Of a DNA stretch of 64,000 nucleotides, positions 60,542 to 64,000 are shown one piece after another; the first letter of the stretch is position 1, and every line of letters starts with the position of its first letter. Under the pieces are notes generated by a model. That model did no database searches and was not told the DNA's origin. It saw only the letters and a list, made by a program, of their open reading frames with translations. Source of the DNA: Clostridia bacterium (GTDB lineage Bacteria > Bacillota > Clostridia > Oscillospirales > CAG-272); NCBI GenBank assembly GCA_017464805.1, contig JAFTYE010000010.1, forward strand, positions 75,047-139,046. Reading direction: 5' to 3'. The position numbers were made by a program, and so were the translations under genes.

Positions 60542-62821
60542 GTGTCCATCGAAGAAAAGATCAGCTCCGCGACAGAGGAGCAAGTAGCATCCCCCTCATT
60601 CGCCGATAAAATGGCGGAAATGGATGCCCGCATGCGCGACTTTGTCGCGCATCTGCAAACAAAGAATAAGACCTATCGAACTGACAAGCTGGAGGCCGCT
60701 TATCTTTACGCGCGCGACCTGCATGCAGGTCAGTTGCGCCAGAGCGGCGATCCTTATATCTCCCATCCCCTTGCAGTGGCGGAGATCGTGGCGAGTCTTG
60801 AGCTGGATACCGATTCCATCTGTGCCGCCCTCCTTCACGATACCGTGGAGGATTGCGCCGACCGCACCAACCTTGATGAGATCCGCATGCGCTTCGGCAC
60901 GGAGGTGGCCGCGCTTGTGGACGGCTTGACCAAGATCGTGCAGATGAAAGTCGAAGATAAGGAGGAGGCGCACATCGAGAACATCCGCAAGATGCTCCTT
61001 GCCATGAACAAGGACATCCGCGTCATCTTCATCAAGCTCTGTGACCGCCTGCACAATATGCGTACCCTGGGGGCAAAATCCCCCGAAAAGCAGCGCACCA
61101 TTGCGCTCGAAACCATGTATATCTACGCGCCGCTTGCCCACCGCCTCGGTATGCAGCGTATCAAGCTGGAGCTGGAAAACATCAGCCTCTCTTACCTCGA
61201 CCCCGTCGGATATGCCGAGGTGCACGATGCCATCGACAGCCGCTACGGCCAGAACCGTGACCTACTTGTGCTGGCGCGTAAGAAAATCGAGGAAAAGCTG
61301 ACCGAAAACCATATCCACTTCACCGTCGAGGGGCGAATCAAATCGGTGTACAGCCTCTATCGCAAGATGTACGGCAGCAACAAAAGCATCGACGAGATTT
61401 ACGACTTCTACGCTTTGCGCGTGATCGTGGAGACCGAGCTGGAATGCTATACCGTCCTCGGTATCGTGCATGAGCTCTTCAAATCCGTGCCCGGTCGCTT
61501 CAAGGACTATATCTCCACCCCCAAGCCCAACCTGTACCGCTCGTTGCACACCTCGGTCATCAGCCGCGGCGGCATTCCCTTTGAGATTCAGATTCGTACC
61601 GAGGAAATGCACCGCGTGGCCGAATTCGGTATCGCCGCGCATTGGAAGTATAAATCCGGCGCGTCCGCCGGTGCGGATGTGGACGAAAAGCTCTCCTGGA
61701 TCGCGAGGCTCATCGAAACCGAGGACAGCACCCGCGACTCGGATGAGTTCTTCCACGCCTTCAAGACCGATATCTTCCATGACGAGACCTTCGTCTTTAC
61801 CCCGAAGGGTGACTGTATCTCTCTCCCCCTCGGCTCCACCGTTATCGATTTCGCCTACGCCATCCATACCGCCGTCGGCAATAAGATGGTCGGTGCGAAG
61901 ATCAACGGCATGATCGTGCCCATCACCAGCGTGCCCGAAAACGGCCAGATCGTCGAAATCCTGACCTCCTCGGGTACCAAAGGCCCCAGCCGTGATTGGA
62001 TCAAGATTGTCAAGACCAGCGAAGCGCGCAGTAAGATCCGCCAATGGTTCAAAAAGGAACGCCGCACCGAGAACATCGAGGTCGGCTTTGCCGAGATCGA
62101 CCGCGAACTCTCTCGCATCGGTCGCCCCTTCACGGATGCGGAACGCCTGGAGATCGTGACCAACGTCGCGCGCCGCCTCGGTATCCAAGAGGCAAACGAC
62201 CTCTACAATACCATCGGCTACGGCGGCCTGCCCATGTCCAAGATCGCGGGTCGGTTGCGTGACGAGTTTGACCGTGTGGTCAAGGCCCCCGCGCCGGAGC
62301 CTATGCAGGCCTCGCAGGTCAAAACGGTCGAAAAGCCCAAGAACCTCAAAAGCAACAGCGGTATCATCGTGGACGGCGAAAGCGGCTGTATGGTCAAATG
62401 TGCCAAATGCTGTAACCCCTTGCCGGGCGACGATATCATCGGCTTTATCACCAAGGGCTTTGGCATCTCTATTCACAAAAGGGATTGCCCCAACGCCGTC
62501 GAGGGACAGGCTAACGAGGAGCAAAAGGATCGTTGGGTCAGCGCGTCCTGGGAATTCGATCCCGTGGCGGCTACTGCCCTCTACGAGGCAACCATCCAGA
62601 TCATCGCAGACAGTAGCATCACCCTGATTGCGGACGTAACCGGCGCCCTTGCGGATATGAAGGTCGCCATCATGCAGATCAACGCGCAAAAGCGCCCCGA
62701 CGACAGCCAGACCATCCAGCTGACTGTCGGCTGTAAAAACGTGGCACATTTCCGTTCCATTGTGTCGCGCTTGCAGGGAATTTCTGCCGTGCGTGCCGTT
62801 AACAGAGGCTTAACGAGGTAA
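60542..62821 (+). CDS. relA: Bifunctional (p)ppGpp synthetase/hydrolase (RelA/SpoT, Rel)
   Basis: GTG 60542, 6 nt after AAAGGAG. HD domain (HPLAVAEI...LHDTVED), synthetase (YRSLHTSV), TGS and ACT domains. Confidence 0.93.
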   Translation: MSIEEKISSATEEQVASPSFADKMAEMDARMRDFVAHLQTKNKTYRTDKLEAAYLYARDLHAGQLRQSGDPYISHPLAVAEIVASLELDTDSICAALLHDTVEDCADRTNLDEIRMRFGTEVAALVDGLTKIVQMKVEDKEEAHIENIRKMLLAMNKDIRVIFIKLCDRLHNMRTLGAKSPEKQRTIALETMYIYAPLAHRLGMQRIKLELENISLSYLDPVGYAEVHDAIDSRYGQNRDLLVLARKKIEEKLTENHIHFTVEGRIKSVYSLYRKMYGSNKSIDEIYDFYALRVIVETELECYTVLGIVHELFKSVPGRFKDYISTPKPNLYRSLHTSVISRGGIPFEIQIRTEEMHRVAEFGIAAHWKYKSGASAGADVDEKLSWIARLIETEDSTRDSDEFFHAFKTDIFHDETFVFTPKGDCISLPLGSTVIDFAYAIHTAVGNKMVGAKINGMIVPITSVPENGQIVEILTSSGTKGPSRDWIKIVKTSEARSKIRQWFKKERRTENIEVGFAEIDRELSRIGRPFTDAERLEIVTNVARRLGIQEANDLYNTIGYGGLPMSKIAGRLRDEFDRVVKAPAPEPMQASQVKTVEKPKNLKSNSGIIVDGESGCMVKCAKCCNPLPGDDIIGFITKGFGISIHKRDCPNAVEGQANEEQKDRWVSASWEFDPVAATALYEATIQIIADSSITLIADVTGALADMKVAIMQINAQKRPDDSQTIQLTVGCKNVAHFRSIVSRLQGISAVRAVNRGLTR

Positions 62822-62824
62822 ATT

Positions 62825-63289
62825 ATGACAGCAGTATTGCAACGTGTGTCGCAGGCCACCGTGTACGCGGACGGTGAATTTTCGGGCGAATGCGGACAGG
62901 GGCTCCTGATCCTGCTCGGTATCTCGACCGAGGACGGGGAAGAGGACGCCCGCCTGCTGGCGGATAAGATCGCCCGCCTGCGTATCTTCTGCGACGAGCA
63001 GGATAAAATGAATCTCTCCGTCAACGACATAGGCGGTGGTGTGCTCGTCGTGTCCAACTTCACCCTGCAAGCCAACTATTCCCACGGCAACCGCCCCGAT
63101 TATCTTGCCGCCGCGCGCCCCGAGGTGGCCGAGCCGCTTTATGAGTATTTCCTTCGCCTTATGGAAGAGCGAGTTTCTCACGTCGGTTGCGGCAAATTCG
63201 GTGCGGATATGCATATCGAGATGACGGGGGATGGCCCCGTGACCATCGTCATGGACTCTGCTATGCTGAAAAAGGGGAAAAAGACATGA
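62825..63289 (+). CDS. dtd: D-aminoacyl-tRNA deacylase
   Basis: 154 aa. MTAVLQRVSQATV..., SNFTLQA and NRPDY-type motifs. Confidence 0.92.
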   Translation: MTAVLQRVSQATVYADGEFSGECGQGLLILLGISTEDGEEDARLLADKIARLRIFCDEQDKMNLSVNDIGGGVLVVSNFTLQANYSHGNRPDYLAAARPEVAEPLYEYFLRLMEERVSHVGCGKFGADMHIEMTGDGPVTIVMDSAMLKKGKKT

Positions 63290-64000
63290 TTCTGAACGTC
63301 CAAGGGGACATCAGCGTCTTCTATGTGCAGACGCTTTGTCTTTTGTTCTTTCCCGGCTCCAAATTCGGGACAGGAGAGCAGCCCTCGCCCGATAACCCCG
63401 AGGCGGACGTGACCCTTGTTGAGGGTGAGGACGGGTTCTTTGCCACCGCCGAGCTCCGCTATAAGGGAAAAAGCAAGCGAGCCGAGGGCCGCATTTCCCG
63501 CGCCGACATTCCTGACGCAAGTGACGAGCGGCTTGCCAAGATTGCCGTTGGCCGCGCCGTCTTCGCCGCTGGAAAGGACCTGCGCGGTTACACGCCCCCG
63601 TGGGGTATTTTAACGGGTGTACGCCCCTCCAAGGTCGCCTCCGAGCTGATCATGACGGATAACGGTATCCTCCGCTCCAAGCGCATTCTGCGCGACGAGT
63701 ATTTTGTCAATCCCAAGAAGGCCGCGCTGGCCGTTTCGGTCGCGTCGGGTGAATACCGCCTAATGAAGTCCTACCCCCTGCGGGATACGTGCAGTATCTA
63801 TATCTCCGTTCCGTTCTGCCCCTCTCGATGCGCCTATTGCTCATTTGTGTCGGGCAGTTCGGGTAAGCTGCTTTCGCTGATCCCCGAATACCTGAAAATC
63901 CTGTTTCTCGATATCGACCATATGTTTGCCACTGTGCGGCGGCTTGGCCTTCGCATCGCTACCGTCTATATCGGCGGCGGAACGCCCACGGTCCTCTCGC
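63286..64000 (+). CDS. hemZ: Coproporphyrinogen-dehydrogenase-like radical SAM protein HemZ (N-terminal part; runs off the window end)
   Basis: ATG 63286 overlaps the dtd stop (ATGA). Translated by eye: MILNVQGDISVFYVQTLC...GILTGVRPSK...YISVPFCPSRCAYCSF (CxxxCxxC). No stop before 64000, so it is absent from the ORF track. Confidence 0.8.
   Translation, partial: MILNVQGDISVFYVQTLCLLFFPGSKFGTGEQPSPDNPEADVTLVEGEDGFFATAELRYKGKSKRAEGRISRADIPDASDERLAKIAVGRAVFAAGKDLRGYTPPWGILTGVRPSKVASELIMTDNGILRSKRILRDEYFVNPKKAALAVSVASGEYRLMKSYPLRDTCSIYISVPFCPSRCAYCSFVSGSSGKLLSLIPEYLKILFLDIDHMFATVRRLGLRIATVYIGGGTPTVLS

Noticed and set aside
1-64000. Whole-window search by eye for CRISPR arrays, tRNA/rRNA genes, IS elements, integrases, prophage or known defence-system genes.
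   Set aside because: None found. There are no regularly spaced direct repeats, no cloverleaf-like conserved tRNA boxes in intergenic regions, and no transposase, recombinase, nuclease or methylase signatures. Gene content is housekeeping/core throughout.

Overview
A 64-kb stretch of core chromosome from a high-GC (~58-60%) Firmicute, most likely a Clostridia/Oscillospiraceae-type anaerobe. That placement is inferred from gene content: an IspH-S1 fusion, HemZ, a TIGR04086/YajC pair, and TGn-extended -10 promoters almost always spaced exactly 17 nt from the -35. I call about 60 protein genes and find no rRNA, tRNA, CRISPR array, transposase, integrase or phage gene. In order, the window holds: a teichoic-acid-type cluster (GT2, TagD, TagF-like, GT2); TRIC channel and a TIGR01212 radical SAM; AzlCD; the CsoR-CopA copper module; a DUF4091/GH20 hexosaminidase pair; an xpt plus BMP-family nucleoside ABC importer operon; an orphan polytopic membrane protein; a lipoprotein, Cu/Zn-SOD, GNAT and flavin reductase; a MoxR-DUF58-DUF4129 operon; malic enzyme and fumarase; AsnA and a PfkB kinase; a four-gene MacB/FtsX-type ABC cluster with Cys/His-rich features; a small RHH protein; SerS; an RHH-domain protein plus ClpB; hydrolase, RluA-type synthase, DUF3810, AlkD-like; MurA; YajC; an NCS2 permease; then RpiR, flavoprotein, Cmk, PlsC, IspH-S1, DinB, CdaA, short CdaR, an FAD protein, RseC, RecJ, RelA, Dtd and HemZ. 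The most interesting signal is non-coding. Two paralogous ~150-nt long-hairpin leader RNAs (26.5 kb and 35.1 kb, minus strand) share a closing-helix sequence. Each has a near-consensus promoter at its 5' end and a covarying antiterminator/terminator platform that abuts the RBS of the downstream gene. I cannot assign them to any riboswitch or leader class I know. Next in interest are a probable metal-handling MacB-type ABC cluster, an RHH-domain protein co-transcribed with clpB, an unclassified attenuator leader before the NCS2 permease, and a CopA with a fused CopZ-like C-terminus that keeps an internal SD+ATG. All family names come from motif recognition by eye; no database search was run.
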